A stretch of 64,000 nt of DNA, taken from Verrucomicrobiota bacterium (GTDB taxonomy: Bacteria > Verrucomicrobiota > Verrucomicrobiia > Limisphaerales > AAA164-E04). Shown here piece after piece: positions 31,095-40,806 of this stretch. Where the stretch lies: NCBI GenBank assembly GCA_047947115.1, contig CP170459.1, positions 3,456,001 through 3,520,000 of the forward strand. The letters run 5' to 3'. A model generated the notes under the pieces. The model did not search any database and had not been told where the DNA came from. It saw nothing but the letters and a program-made list of their open reading frames with translations. The first letter of the stretch is position 1. Each line of letters begins with the position of its first letter. Both the position numbers and the translations under genes were made by a program.

Positions 31095-32804
31095 TCAAGG
31101 AACTGACTTGTTCAAGGCTTCCAATCGAATGTTGATGTCATCCAGTTTGGTATCCAGATTCCCTGACTCGGCAATTCTTTTCATGCCCGACAATATGTTT
31201 TCCTTTTCGGAATAATCCGGATCTGCTTCCAGGAGGGTCTCCATTCTTTGGATCGCTGATTCCAATTTGCCGGCCTGACGATCGATTCCTGCGAGTTCCA
31301 GGAGGATTCTGTTCCTTTGTTGTGGGGTGGGTTTGAGTTTGAGCGCTCGTTCGTAGGTGTAAATGGCTTCCTCCTGACGATTCAAGGTCATGTATAGATC
31401 CGCCAACTTCTCGCAAAGAGCAGGATGCAGCTTGGACAAGGGATCACTTTCCAGGGCTCCAAGCACCACCGTTTTTTCCGCCCCATTTTGCAGTGCCTGA
31501 TTAGCCGCCAGAATGCGCACCCAGGCCAGCAACGGACTGTTTGCGCCTCCCAATTCCATTTGCAGCAGTTCGATGGGTTTGCTCAGAGGTAAATAGAGCG
31601 GGTCGCCAACGATGGTTGTCTGCCATGAAAGCACGCGCTGGCACGCATAGGCGGCTTCTCCGAAACTGAATCCCATGAGCAGGCGCTCAAAAAACACTGC
31701 AATATCCGGAGTGGCGCCCAAGTAGGGCTCGTATACGCATCCCATCGTCGCTGTCGCCCCTTTTGCCAATAAGGGGCCTGCCCAATGCTTGTCGGAGGTG
31801 CGCAGTTTGGCGGCGCTTTCGGAATGCAGATGGTAAGCGATGGCTCCGGGCATGAATTCCACTTCTTCGCGAGTGAATGGCCCCGTGACGTGCGCTGTAT
31901 ACCATCCGGCGTAAAAGGCGATTTGACTCATTGGAAATCCCTCGGAAAAGAGGTTTTCCTGGTCGTCAAGGGTAGTCTCAAATCCGGCTTTGGCGGCAAG
32001 TTGGGCCGCAGATCGAATCCAGTTGTCGCCCAGTAAATAGGAGCCGGTGCGGATGCCCCTAGCGTCAAAGTAGGTCCTTCCCCACAATCCTTCCTTCTCG
32101 GCTTGGATCGCTTTGTCAACAAGCCCTTTGGCTATCTCCGGAGTCGGTCCGTCCAGTCGGCTGACAATCATGACGCCGTTCTCCGGATGGAGATCCGTGG
32201 CTTTTTGCGTGGCATAAAGCGGGTTTTCGATGGGGCCGGCCAACACAAGGCGCTTGGGATCCCGACCGAACCAGGACAGTTCATGATCCACTGCGGCACC
32301 GTTGAATCGGAGTTCCACGCGCATGGATTCCGTGGCGTCTTCATGCAGATTCGGATCGCCTTCAATGCGTACTGGAATGCCGTAACAGAGGACCAGATAG
32401 CGGATCTTGGATTTTTGAAGATTCTGATACACCGTTCCCGGACGTTCGCGTGTTGCCGGGACGATTTCGTAATCGGTGTCAAAGAATTCCCGATCCTTGA
32501 ATATCTGAAACAGGGGATCGTGCAATGTTTCGTTGAAATCTTTGCGGGAAATGGTTTCCTCTTTGCTCAATTCAAGCCCGATCAGGTGGTTCTCCGGGAT
32601 ATTTCGAACGTCGGCATAATGATTCGCCACAGATTTGGATTCCGGCATGGCGCTGTTGTAAATCACCACCACACTTTTCTCCACGCCCGTTACTTCCGCT
32701 CTGAGGACCACTGATGCGGCGAGGTTGATGCCGGCCAGGATCAGGTAGATCAGGTGGCTGGATGCCAATGAATTGTAGAAACGGTCAAGTGAATGGGAAT
32801 GCAT
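31095..32804 (-). CDS. TIGR03790-like family protein with C-terminal TPR
   Basis: VVIYN...SVANHYA, YLVLCYGIP, SRLDGP, FYAGWY, GAIAYHLHS, GCVYEPYL, VGDPLY, followed by TPR-like helices. Confidence 0.8.
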   Translation of the reverse strand: MHSHSLDRFYNSLASSHLIYLILAGINLAASVVLRAEVTGVEKSVVVIYNSAMPESKSVANHYADVRNIPENHLIGLELSKEETISRKDFNETLHDPLFQIFKDREFFDTDYEIVPATRERPGTVYQNLQKSKIRYLVLCYGIPVRIEGDPNLHEDATESMRVELRFNGAAVDHELSWFGRDPKRLVLAGPIENPLYATQKATDLHPENGVMIVSRLDGPTPEIAKGLVDKAIQAEKEGLWGRTYFDARGIRTGSYLLGDNWIRSAAQLAAKAGFETTLDDQENLFSEGFPMSQIAFYAGWYTAHVTGPFTREEVEFMPGAIAYHLHSESAAKLRTSDKHWAGPLLAKGATATMGCVYEPYLGATPDIAVFFERLLMGFSFGEAAYACQRVLSWQTTIVGDPLYLPLSKPIELLQMELGGANSPLLAWVRILAANQALQNGAEKTVVLGALESDPLSKLHPALCEKLADLYMTLNRQEEAIYTYERALKLKPTPQQRNRILLELAGIDRQAGKLESAIQRMETLLEADPDYSEKENILSGMKRIAESGNLDTKLDDINIRLEALNKSVP

Positions 32805-32808
32805 GATA

Positions 32809-33633
32809 TCAACTCAAAACAGATTGAGGCGTAATCGCCAGTTTTAATCCATCATATGCCAGGCTCACCCCGGGCGGTAACTCGGCCTGATGAAGGTCGT
32901 GATCGTAATCGTGTGTCAAATGAGTGAACCAGGTCTGCTCCGCGCCAATGCGTCTGGCTGTGGTAAGTGCTTCGTCGTAGCACATGTGAGTCGGGTGAGG
33001 CTGGAAACGCAAAGCATCCAAAACGACCACAGGGATCCCTTGGACCTGTTCGATGATCTTCTCAGGGACTTCTTTGCAATCGGTGAGATATGCCAGCAAG
33101 GGATTGCCTCCGATGCTGAAGATGTAGCCGAAAGAAGTCATTTTACCGTGGGGCAACGGCGCCGGTGTGATATCAAGGTTTCCAATGGAAAACGGTCCGT
33201 CCACCGTTCTTGGGTCGGGATGAAAATACCCTTTGAAGATGGGGCCTCCATGAAAGGCGTATTCGAACACCCGTTTGATGTGTTTAAAAGCTTCCGCGCT
33301 GGCGTAGACTGGCAGGGGCTTGTCTGCTTGATGACAAAAGCGGCGGCAATCGTCCATACCCATAATATGGTCGGCGTGCGCGTGGGTGATTAATACGGCA
33401 TCCACCTGCTTGATGCCCTCCCGTAATACCTGAATACGCATTTCAGGGGTCGTGTCCACCAACAGTCGCACCTGGCTGGTCTCTACATAAATGGATGGGC
33501 GTGTACGGTGGTTCTTGGGGTTGGCCAGGTACTCTTCAGGATAGTCCGCTCCGATGATGGGCACTCCCTGAGAGGTTCCGGATCCCAAAAACACGACATT
33601 TAACTGCTCATCTGTCAATTCTGTGTCTGTCAT
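32809..33633 (-). CDS. MBL-fold metallo-hydrolase (PhnP-like)
   Basis: [36 protein letters not shown]. Confidence 0.9.
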   Translation of the reverse strand: MTDTELTDEQLNVVFLGSGTSQGVPIIGADYPEEYLANPKNHRTRPSIYVETSQVRLLVDTTPEMRIQVLREGIKQVDAVLITHAHADHIMGMDDCRRFCHQADKPLPVYASAEAFKHIKRVFEYAFHGGPIFKGYFHPDPRTVDGPFSIGNLDITPAPLPHGKMTSFGYIFSIGGNPLLAYLTDCKEVPEKIIEQVQGIPVVVLDALRFQPHPTHMCYDEALTTARRIGAEQTWFTHLTHDYDHDLHQAELPPGVSLAYDGLKLAITPQSVLS

Positions 33634-33694
33634 TTACGTTTTAACTTGGCGAAAACCTAGCACGGAAGGCAAATTGGTCACGATCTTTTATTCG

Positions 33695-35386
33695 ATGTTA
33701 ACCACGCTGCGCATCAAGAATCTTGCCCTGGTAACCGATCTGACACTGGAACTCAGACCGGGGTTCAATATTGTCTCCGGTGAAACCGGGGCCGGTAAAT
33801 CCATTATTATCGGGGCCTTGAACCTGATTCTCGGGCAGCGCGCGGATCGATCACTCATCCGTTCGGGGGCGGATCAGAGTGTAGTGGAGGCCGTGTTTGA
33901 GGTTAAACCGATCAAATCACTGCTGGACCCCGTCCTGGATGATCTGGGGCTTGAGCCCTGCGAGGACGGGGTGTTGATTCTTAAACGGTCCATCAAGGCG
34001 GTTGGGGCAAATCGACAGTTCGTCAACGGATCTCCCACCACCCTCGAGGCATTGGAACACGTGGGCCAGTTTCTGGTGGACATGCATGGCCCACATGATC
34101 ATCAATCCCTGCTGGATGGCGCCCGCCAGTTGGAGATCCTGGACGCCTATGGCAATCTGGAACCCCTTCGACAGGCATTTGAGGATTGTCTGATGGAATG
34201 GCGGCACTTGGAAAACCACAAGGCCTCACTCTTTGTCGATGAACAAACCTATGCGCAACAGCTGGAGTTGCTCAGGCATCAGGTTCGGGAAATCGAATCG
34301 GCCCAGCTCGATCCCAAAGCCGAGGAAGAACTCGAAGCGAATTACGAGCGAACCCTAAACGCGGCAAAGTTGCTGGAGCTTGGACAGGGAGCACTCTATG
34401 CATTGAACGAACAGGATGGATCCCTCTGGGATATCTCCGGATCGATCGGGCGCGCCATTGATTCCATTTCCTCACTGGATGGACGGGGGAGCGAATTGCA
34501 TGAGTTGCACCAACAATGCACCCAGAGTGTGGCCGATTTGGAACAGGCTCTCTCCAACTACGTGGACGGGTTGGATCTGGATCCCGCGATGCTGCACGAG
34601 ATGGAGGAACGTATTTCGGTCATACAATCGTTGAAGCGCAAGTATGGGCCAACACTCGAACAGGTTATTGAATTCGGTAAAAAAGCGGCTGCCAAGCTGG
34701 AAGAGTTGGAGTCTCGCGAAGAGACCCTGGCTCATTTGAACGCCGACATTGAAAAGCAGATGTCCAAGTTATCTGCGGCAGGAAAAAAACTGTCCAGGGC
34801 GAGGCAGGCATTGATTCCCGATTTGAACAAGGCGGTCGTTGCCGAGTTGAAGGACCTTGGATTCAAACAAAGCCGCTTTGATGCAAGCTTGACCACCCAG
34901 CCTGTTCTGTCCAGCAAGACCGGACACATTCAGGCGACCGTGACCGGTCTGGATAAAATCGATTTCCAATTCGGTCCCAATCCAGGCGAGCCCATCCGTC
35001 CGCTCAAGCTGATTGCTTCGTCCGGTGAAATGGCACGTGTGATGTTGGCGTTAAAATCCGTTCTCGCCGAACAGGACCGCGTGCCTTTACTGGTATTCGA
35101 CGAGGTGGATGCCAATGTGGGCGGCGAGACAGGAAAGGTGGTGGGTGAAAAGATGAAGCAAATCGGTCAACGCCATCAGGTGATTTGTATTACCCACCTC
35201 GCTCCCGTGGCTGCTGCCGCCCCTCATCATTTTTTGGTGGAAAAGATCGAGAAAGACGGACGCACCGTGTCGGAAATCAACGAACTTTCAACCAAGGACC
35301 GTGTGTTAGAAATTGCACGCATGCTGGGTAGTGGCGGTAAAGCGGCCATCAAACACGCCAAAGCTTTGCTGGCCGGCGAGGAATAA
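33695..35386 (+). CDS. recN: DNA repair protein RecN
   Basis: LRIKNLAL, Walker A GETGAGKS, HGPHDHQ, ASSGEMARVMLALK, FDEVDA, CITHLAPVA; start taken at ATG 33695. Confidence 0.95.
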   Translation: MLTTLRIKNLALVTDLTLELRPGFNIVSGETGAGKSIIIGALNLILGQRADRSLIRSGADQSVVEAVFEVKPIKSLLDPVLDDLGLEPCEDGVLILKRSIKAVGANRQFVNGSPTTLEALEHVGQFLVDMHGPHDHQSLLDGARQLEILDAYGNLEPLRQAFEDCLMEWRHLENHKASLFVDEQTYAQQLELLRHQVREIESAQLDPKAEEELEANYERTLNAAKLLELGQGALYALNEQDGSLWDISGSIGRAIDSISSLDGRGSELHELHQQCTQSVADLEQALSNYVDGLDLDPAMLHEMEERISVIQSLKRKYGPTLEQVIEFGKKAAAKLEELESREETLAHLNADIEKQMSKLSAAGKKLSRARQALIPDLNKAVVAELKDLGFKQSRFDASLTTQPVLSSKTGHIQATVTGLDKIDFQFGPNPGEPIRPLKLIASSGEMARVMLALKSVLAEQDRVPLLVFDEVDANVGGETGKVVGEKMKQIGQRHQVICITHLAPVAAAAPHHFLVEKIEKDGRTVSEINELSTKDRVLEIARMLGSGGKAAIKHAKALLAGEE

Positions 35387-35394
35387 TACAACTC

Positions 35395-35572
35395 GGAGAA
35401 GAGCAAGCTCCCGTTTGCGCACACTTCAGACCTTGTGGCGTTCAGGATCCGTTAAGTGTGCGAAGGAAACGCGGTTGGTGTTCGGGAACCGAGATCTACC
35501 CGCGTTCCGTGGTTTTTTGGTTGGCGATACTTTGAGGGAGAAGTTTGGGATCGAGGTGGAACTCGTCCCTCC
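35395..35572 (+). repeat. Diverged full-length solo copy of the 189-bp repeat unit
   Basis: cacttcagaccttgtggcgtt (20/21 vs array), cccgcgttccg, and aagtttgggatcgaggtggaactcgtccctcc (27/32) occur in the same order as in the array. Confidence 0.75.
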
Positions 35573-35583
35573 ATTTTAATGAA

Positions 35584-35612
35584 AAAGCGGGAAGGCATTG
35601 CCTTCCCGCTTT
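35584..35612. terminator. Bidirectional intrinsic terminator
   Basis: aaagcgggaaggca-t-tgccttcccgcttt between convergent recN and the LamG gene. Confidence 0.85.
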
Positions 35613-35636
35613 GTGATTTCAAATGATGTGCCTCGA

Positions 35637-38600
35637 CTAGTTTGGTGCAACCACCACATTGTCGATGTAGAACCCGGCGCCTTCACCCACACTGTCGGTC
35701 ACCAATCGGAATTCGAGACGAATCTTTCTTCCAGCGTTGGCTCCTGCAAGGCGAACACTTCGGTCCGTCCAGGCATTGGTGGCTCCGGCCATGACCCATA
35801 CCTGTTCGATCAGGTTACCCGATTCATCGAGTACGTTGACACTGACATTGTGGAATTCAATGTCCGTATCCACCTGATGAAATTCGGAGAAAGTCAGGTT
35901 GGCGATCGGTACTTCGGTCAAATCGATGACCGGCGACAGCAACCACGCATCGGAATTTTGCTCGAAATTTCCGTCCAGATCCGTTGCATAGGCATTGCTG
36001 CCTGAGGCGGCACCGTTGGGGCCGGAAGTCGGTGTTCCCAGTTCCCATTCGTCCTGACTGCCACCATGTGTCCAGCCGGGAGCTCCGGATTCGAAGTCGT
36101 CTTCAAATACAGGCGGCGGCGGCAGTGAAACGATTTGATAGAAGCCAGCGCTTTCCGGTGCGGCGAATGTGGTGGTGAAGTTCCCATCCCCCAAGTCCTG
36201 CATGTTCAATCCCTCGAGATCACTCCAGGGATCGTTGATGCTTGCTTTGGCTTGTACAGCGTGGGTGCGGGTTGTGAATGGCGTGAAGAAGTTCAACGTC
36301 AAGTTGCCTCCGTCAGCGCCAAGTGATTGAATGGATATGGGGTCCAGCTCTTCCGATAAGGGTTTGCCGCTTAATCCATTGGCGTAAATGGACAGGATGT
36401 CGTTGTTGGACAGAGCGCGTTGCCAGATACCCAGGTCATCCATGCCGCCTTGGTATGGGCGGTTGATCCAATTATCATCCTCGATTTCATAATTCCCCAA
36501 TACGAGCGGCAATGAGGTCAATTCACCTAATTGTCCTTTTACGGGGGCGCCTACAGGTTCTCCATTCTTGTACCACTGGATGGTTCCGTTGCGGGCGACA
36601 TAGGCGAAGTGCTGCCAAAGCTCGGCATCCACTGTTCCCCCCGGCGAAGAGTAGGGGGTTTTGCCGATGCCATGCACGCGGGCGACACCCCCATTGATCA
36701 ACACGAAGTCGTAGTTGACGTCCTTGCGAATCACGCGATCAAAGTCGGAACCCCCGGAGAATAGAACCGGGTTCAACCAAACAGACACCGTGGCTTCGGC
36801 TGCCAGGTTCAATGAATCACTGTGGGGCACTTCTCCGAAATCGTTGTCACCATCAAAGAACAAAGCGCCGCCAATCACTCCTGGCTGGTAAGCTCCTTCT
36901 TCAAAGTTTACCAGCGTGGCGCTGTTGTTGTTGCCGCTGGAGTCTTCCAAAGTGGTTCCCGATGTTTCGTCAAAGGTCAGGTGCAGTGCCAATCCACTGG
37001 TGATCGATCCCAACTCTTCCACCGTGAGCACGGCAGGTTCGCTGATGGTACTGCCTTTGGCGTTTGAGATTTCAACCGTGTAGGCACCTGCATCGGCGGG
37101 AAGGATACGGGTGAGGGTGAATTGACGTCCGGTTGCTCCATCAATGGCTTGTCCTTTGTGCATCCATTGATAGGAAACCGGTCGAAGTCCTGTAGCGACG
37201 ACACTGAATGTGGTGGAAGTTCCTTCCAGTTTCTTTTGTCCTGCCGGCTGTACTTCGACAACAGGTGCTCCTGCAATATCTTTGCCAGCAAGTTCCAGCA
37301 CTTCGGCTTCACTGATGGGACGTTGCCAGATGGACAACTCATCGAGTGTTCCATTCAGGTAACGGAGAGCGGTGTCCACGTCATCATAAGATCCGATCGT
37401 CAGAGGCAGATCATTGGGGACACCGAGGGTTCCGTCGGCGGGGTCCGCCATGGGGATGCCGTTGCGATAGAGGGTGACCGTGCCGTTTCGGTAAACCACG
37501 GTGATGTGCTGCCATTCCTCAAGCTGTATGGATCCTTGCGGGGCATTGATCTCCCAACCGCCTTTCGCCACACCGCCACCATCATTGCCAGTACCGGCCC
37601 GAACCGTGAATGTGCGGGTAACCGTGCCCGGATCATTGACGATGCGGAGGCCAAGGTGGTTGCCTTTTCGAAGGATATAGCTGGATTCACGTGTGTAGTT
37701 GCCGGCGTCTTCAATTTCTCCATAGGAGCGAAGATTGACCCAGAACGCGATGGAAGCCTCTCCTGTCAAAGCGTTCAATGAATCGCTGTCGGCAACTGCG
37801 ACAAACGCTCCAGCCCCGTCAAAATCAAGTCCATTATCCACTTGTGCGTTGGTAAATCCGTTGCCGGCAAAACCGAGCAGTTCGCCATCATTGCCGTTGG
37901 ACGAACCATCGGCTGCCGTTCCGCCGTTGCTTTCGTTGAAACTCCAGTACGCGACGCGTCCGGTATCCAGTCCGGTAACCGGAGTGACAGTAACCGTCGC
38001 GGAATCGCTGCGGATTTCCCCGGCGTCATTACTGATCACGACGCTGTAATCACCTGCATCGGCCGTGGTGACATCGGTGATCAACAAGGTGTCGGTTGTT
38101 TGTGAACGAAGGATTTCATCGCCGCGATACCAGAGGTAGCGCAGGGGAGGGGCTCCATCGCCGCTTGCTTTCAAATTGAGAGTGCTCCCTTCGAACACGA
38201 TGGCGGATTGTGGATGGCTTACAACCGAAGGCGGACCTTCGGGTTCGCTGCCTGCAATGATGGTGCCGATCTCAGCTGCGTCGAGAGCTCTATTGTAAAT
38301 CAACAATTGATCCATCGCCCCATTGAAGTGATTGCCGCTGTCATCTGAACCGATGTAAAGTGTCATTTGAGCGTCGTCGATGGGGCCGCTTGAGTCTACG
38401 GAACCCTTGAGTTCGCCATCGATATAAATGTGGGCTTGTGAGCCGTCAAACACACCGGCAATGTGATGCCAGACATCCGCATCAAAGGATTGACCGGAAG
38501 TAGCAGTTCGATTGGCTCCACCATCTTTGATGAGGAAGTTCATGCCACCATTACCGACCCCTTGGAGAAAGAAGTAGCTGTTACCCTTTTCCAGCATGCG

Positions 38601-38960
38601 GTTTCCGGCGCCACCCGCATCCAGAGGCACGTTGGATTTGAACCAGGTCATGATGGTCATGGCGGTGTTGATGTCGCCTCCTATGGCCGGATCATCCGGA
38701 ACTTCGATGTGATTGCTTCCGTTGAAGGCAATCGCGCCGCCATCCCTTCCGACCAACCAGTGGGACGAGTCGTTGTCGAAACCAATCAAGTCTCCGTTCA
38801 ATCCGTTGACGCTTTCGGAAGCAACCAAGCCGCTCGTTTCGTCGAAGTCCCATTGGGCCACGAGGCCGTCGGAGACCGCCGGCTGGGCTGCTGAAGCTGG
38901 CAAGGTATACACGCCTGCCAGAGCGACTGCAATAGCCGCATTACGTAGTGTTCGTTTCAT
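35637..38960 (-). CDS. Secreted protein with three LamG-like jellyroll domains, two Ig-like domains and a C-terminal MAM-like domain
   Basis: Signal peptide; repeated LVAQWDFDE/VAYWSFNE/LHLTFDE...WHHI/WQH...RAL; Ig segments YLWYRG...DAGDYSV and YQWMHKG...DAGAYTV; C-terminal DDFESG...LLSPVIDL. Confidence 0.88.
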   Translation of the reverse strand: MKRTLRNAAIAVALAGVYTLPASAAQPAVSDGLVAQWDFDETSGLVASESVNGLNGDLIGFDNDSSHWLVGRDGGAIAFNGSNHIEVPDDPAIGGDINTAMTIMTWFKSNVPLDAGGAGNRMLEKGNSYFFLQGVGNGGMNFLIKDGGANRTATSGQSFDADVWHHIAGVFDGSQAHIYIDGELKGSVDSSGPIDDAQMTLYIGSDDSGNHFNGAMDQLLIYNRALDAAEIGTIIAGSEPEGPPSVVSHPQSAIVFEGSTLNLKASGDGAPPLRYLWYRGDEILRSQTTDTLLITDVTTADAGDYSVVISNDAGEIRSDSATVTVTPVTGLDTGRVAYWSFNESNGGTAADGSSNGNDGELLGFAGNGFTNAQVDNGLDFDGAGAFVAVADSDSLNALTGEASIAFWVNLRSYGEIEDAGNYTRESSYILRKGNHLGLRIVNDPGTVTRTFTVRAGTGNDGGGVAKGGWEINAPQGSIQLEEWQHITVVYRNGTVTLYRNGIPMADPADGTLGVPNDLPLTIGSYDDVDTALRYLNGTLDELSIWQRPISEAEVLELAGKDIAGAPVVEVQPAGQKKLEGTSTTFSVVATGLRPVSYQWMHKGQAIDGATGRQFTLTRILPADAGAYTVEISNAKGSTISEPAVLTVEELGSITSGLALHLTFDETSGTTLEDSSGNNNSATLVNFEEGAYQPGVIGGALFFDGDNDFGEVPHSDSLNLAAEATVSVWLNPVLFSGGSDFDRVIRKDVNYDFVLINGGVARVHGIGKTPYSSPGGTVDAELWQHFAYVARNGTIQWYKNGEPVGAPVKGQLGELTSLPLVLGNYEIEDDNWINRPYQGGMDDLGIWQRALSNNDILSIYANGLSGKPLSEELDPISIQSLGADGGNLTLNFFTPFTTRTHAVQAKASINDPWSDLEGLNMQDLGDGNFTTTFAAPESAGFYQIVSLPPPPVFEDDFESGAPGWTHGGSQDEWELGTPTSGPNGAASGSNAYATDLDGNFEQNSDAWLLSPVIDLTEVPIANLTFSEFHQVDTDIEFHNVSVNVLDESGNLIEQVWVMAGATNAWTDRSVRLAGANAGRKIRLEFRLVTDSVGEGAGFYIDNVVVAPN

Positions 38961-39267
38961 GCTGATAGCAGTTAGTGATTTGTAGTTCTGGATAAGAGTT
39001 TTGATTCAATCAGATTCAGGGTTGATGCGCAAGGGGAAGATTGAGCCCTCACAGGCTCCAAGCACCGGTAGGACGTGCTGTCCCCGGCGCGTCACCTTGT
39101 AGTATCCATAGGTTCGAAACAGGCTCGTTTTGGGAAGCCTGTGGTATTTGAATACCCTCATCCATCCATCATTGCACAGGACGGGATGATCAAATCTACC
39201 TTGCCGCCCCAACGCGTGCACAGTATTGGCCTGACGTGGTGTGTTTCCTTCACTATGATCAAAGCCC

Positions 39268-40806
39268 ATGAAAAAACGGTTCTTTTGGGTGTTTCTGATG
39301 TGTTGGTGTTTTGTCGTGAAGTCTTTCGCAACGGATAAGAACTTCTACGGCATTCGAGCGGTGGATGCTCAAACCAAACGTGGAGTTCCATTGATAGCAT
39401 TAAAGACCGTGCACCATGTTTCTTATTGGACGGATAGCTTGGGGTATGTGGTGGTGGACGAACCCGGGTGGTATGATCGGGAGGTTTACTTTTATGTGAG
39501 CGGTGATGGATATGAGGTGGCCACGGATGGCTTCGGATATCAAGGAGTGCGCCTGAAACCCAGGGCTGGTCAAATCGATGAAATCGTCGTCCGACGCACT
39601 CAATTGGCTGAGAGGATGTATCGCATCACGGGTGCGGACAAATATCGAAATGCGCAGTTGCTGGGGATTGATTTGCCTTATGAGAGTTCATGGCCGGATG
39701 GAAATGTGGTCGGCCAGGATTCCGCCCAGGCAAAGGTTTATAATGATCGCATATATTGGTTCTGGGGAGATACGTCGATTTTTCGATATCCTTTGGGCAA
39801 TTTTAGAACTGCAGGGGCTTATTCCCTGAAATCCGGGCAAGGTGGTCTTTCACCGGCTCAAGGGATTTTGTTGAACTATTTCGTTGACGAAAACGGAACG
39901 AACGCCGGGATGTGTCCGATGCCTCCGAATGGAAATCTGATTTGGATCGATGGATTACTGGTGGTGAAAGATGCAAATGGTAAAGAAAGAATGGTGGCGC
40001 ACTATTCCAAGCGAAAATCATTGTCGGAACAAATGGAACATGGCCTGGTTGTTTTTGATGATACGACCCAGCGATTCGGGTTGTTGAAAACATTCGAACA
40101 GGAAAATACTTGGCAACATCCCCGAGGGCATCCGATACGTGTTGCTTTTCCCGAGGGTGATTTCTTTGTTTTCGGAGATGTATACTATCACATCCGTGTG
40201 CCGGCTGATTGGGAAGCTGTTCAGGATCCAAACCAATATGAAAGTTTCGGACCGGACGATAGTGGTTCGTTGCATCTTCAATGGCGAAAAGGCAAACCGC
40301 CTCTGACGGTGAAACAAGAGCGAGCAGGCATTGATTCAGCTTCCATGCCTGAGGGCGACGCCTGGTTGCAGCCGAAGGATGTGATGACAGGGATGCCCAT
40401 CGTTCTCCACCGTGGCTCCGTTCGGTGGAACAAGCATCGTCAAATGTATATCATGATTGCCAATCAGATCGGTGGTGACTCCATGTTGGGTGAGGTTTGG
40501 TATGGAGAAGCCTCACGCCCGGAAGGTCCATGGCAAAAGGTAATCAAGGTGGCAAGTCACGCAGACTATTCCTACTACAATCCAGTGCACCGTGAATTCT
40601 TCGATCAGGAAGGCGGACGGATGATTTACTTTGAAGGCACCTACGTGACGACCTTCTCAGGAAATGAGCATCCCGTGCCACGTTACGATTATAATCAATT
40701 GATGTATCGCCTGGATCTGGATCATCCGGGTTTGGCCGATGTGCGACAGGCCTATGACGAGCGAGGCCAGAATGGTCGGGGTGTCACTTGCTCTCCGGCT
40801 GAATGA
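39268..40806 (+). CDS. Conserved hypothetical secreted protein (possible beta-propeller)
   Basis: 512-aa ORF with a signal peptide and motifs AERMYRITG, YWFWGDT, YFEGTY, RYDYNQLMYRLDL. Confidence 0.75.
   Translation: MKKRFFWVFLMCWCFVVKSFATDKNFYGIRAVDAQTKRGVPLIALKTVHHVSYWTDSLGYVVVDEPGWYDREVYFYVSGDGYEVATDGFGYQGVRLKPRAGQIDEIVVRRTQLAERMYRITGADKYRNAQLLGIDLPYESSWPDGNVVGQDSAQAKVYNDRIYWFWGDTSIFRYPLGNFRTAGAYSLKSGQGGLSPAQGILLNYFVDENGTNAGMCPMPPNGNLIWIDGLLVVKDANGKERMVAHYSKRKSLSEQMEHGLVVFDDTTQRFGLLKTFEQENTWQHPRGHPIRVAFPEGDFFVFGDVYYHIRVPADWEAVQDPNQYESFGPDDSGSLHLQWRKGKPPLTVKQERAGIDSASMPEGDAWLQPKDVMTGMPIVLHRGSVRWNKHRQMYIMIANQIGGDSMLGEVWYGEASRPEGPWQKVIKVASHADYSYYNPVHREFFDQEGGRMIYFEGTYVTTFSGNEHPVPRYDYNQLMYRLDLDHPGLADVRQAYDERGQNGRGVTCSPAE

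Noticed and set aside
40784..40806. 23-bp overlap of convergent 3' ends
   Set aside because: Common arrangement with no further signal.
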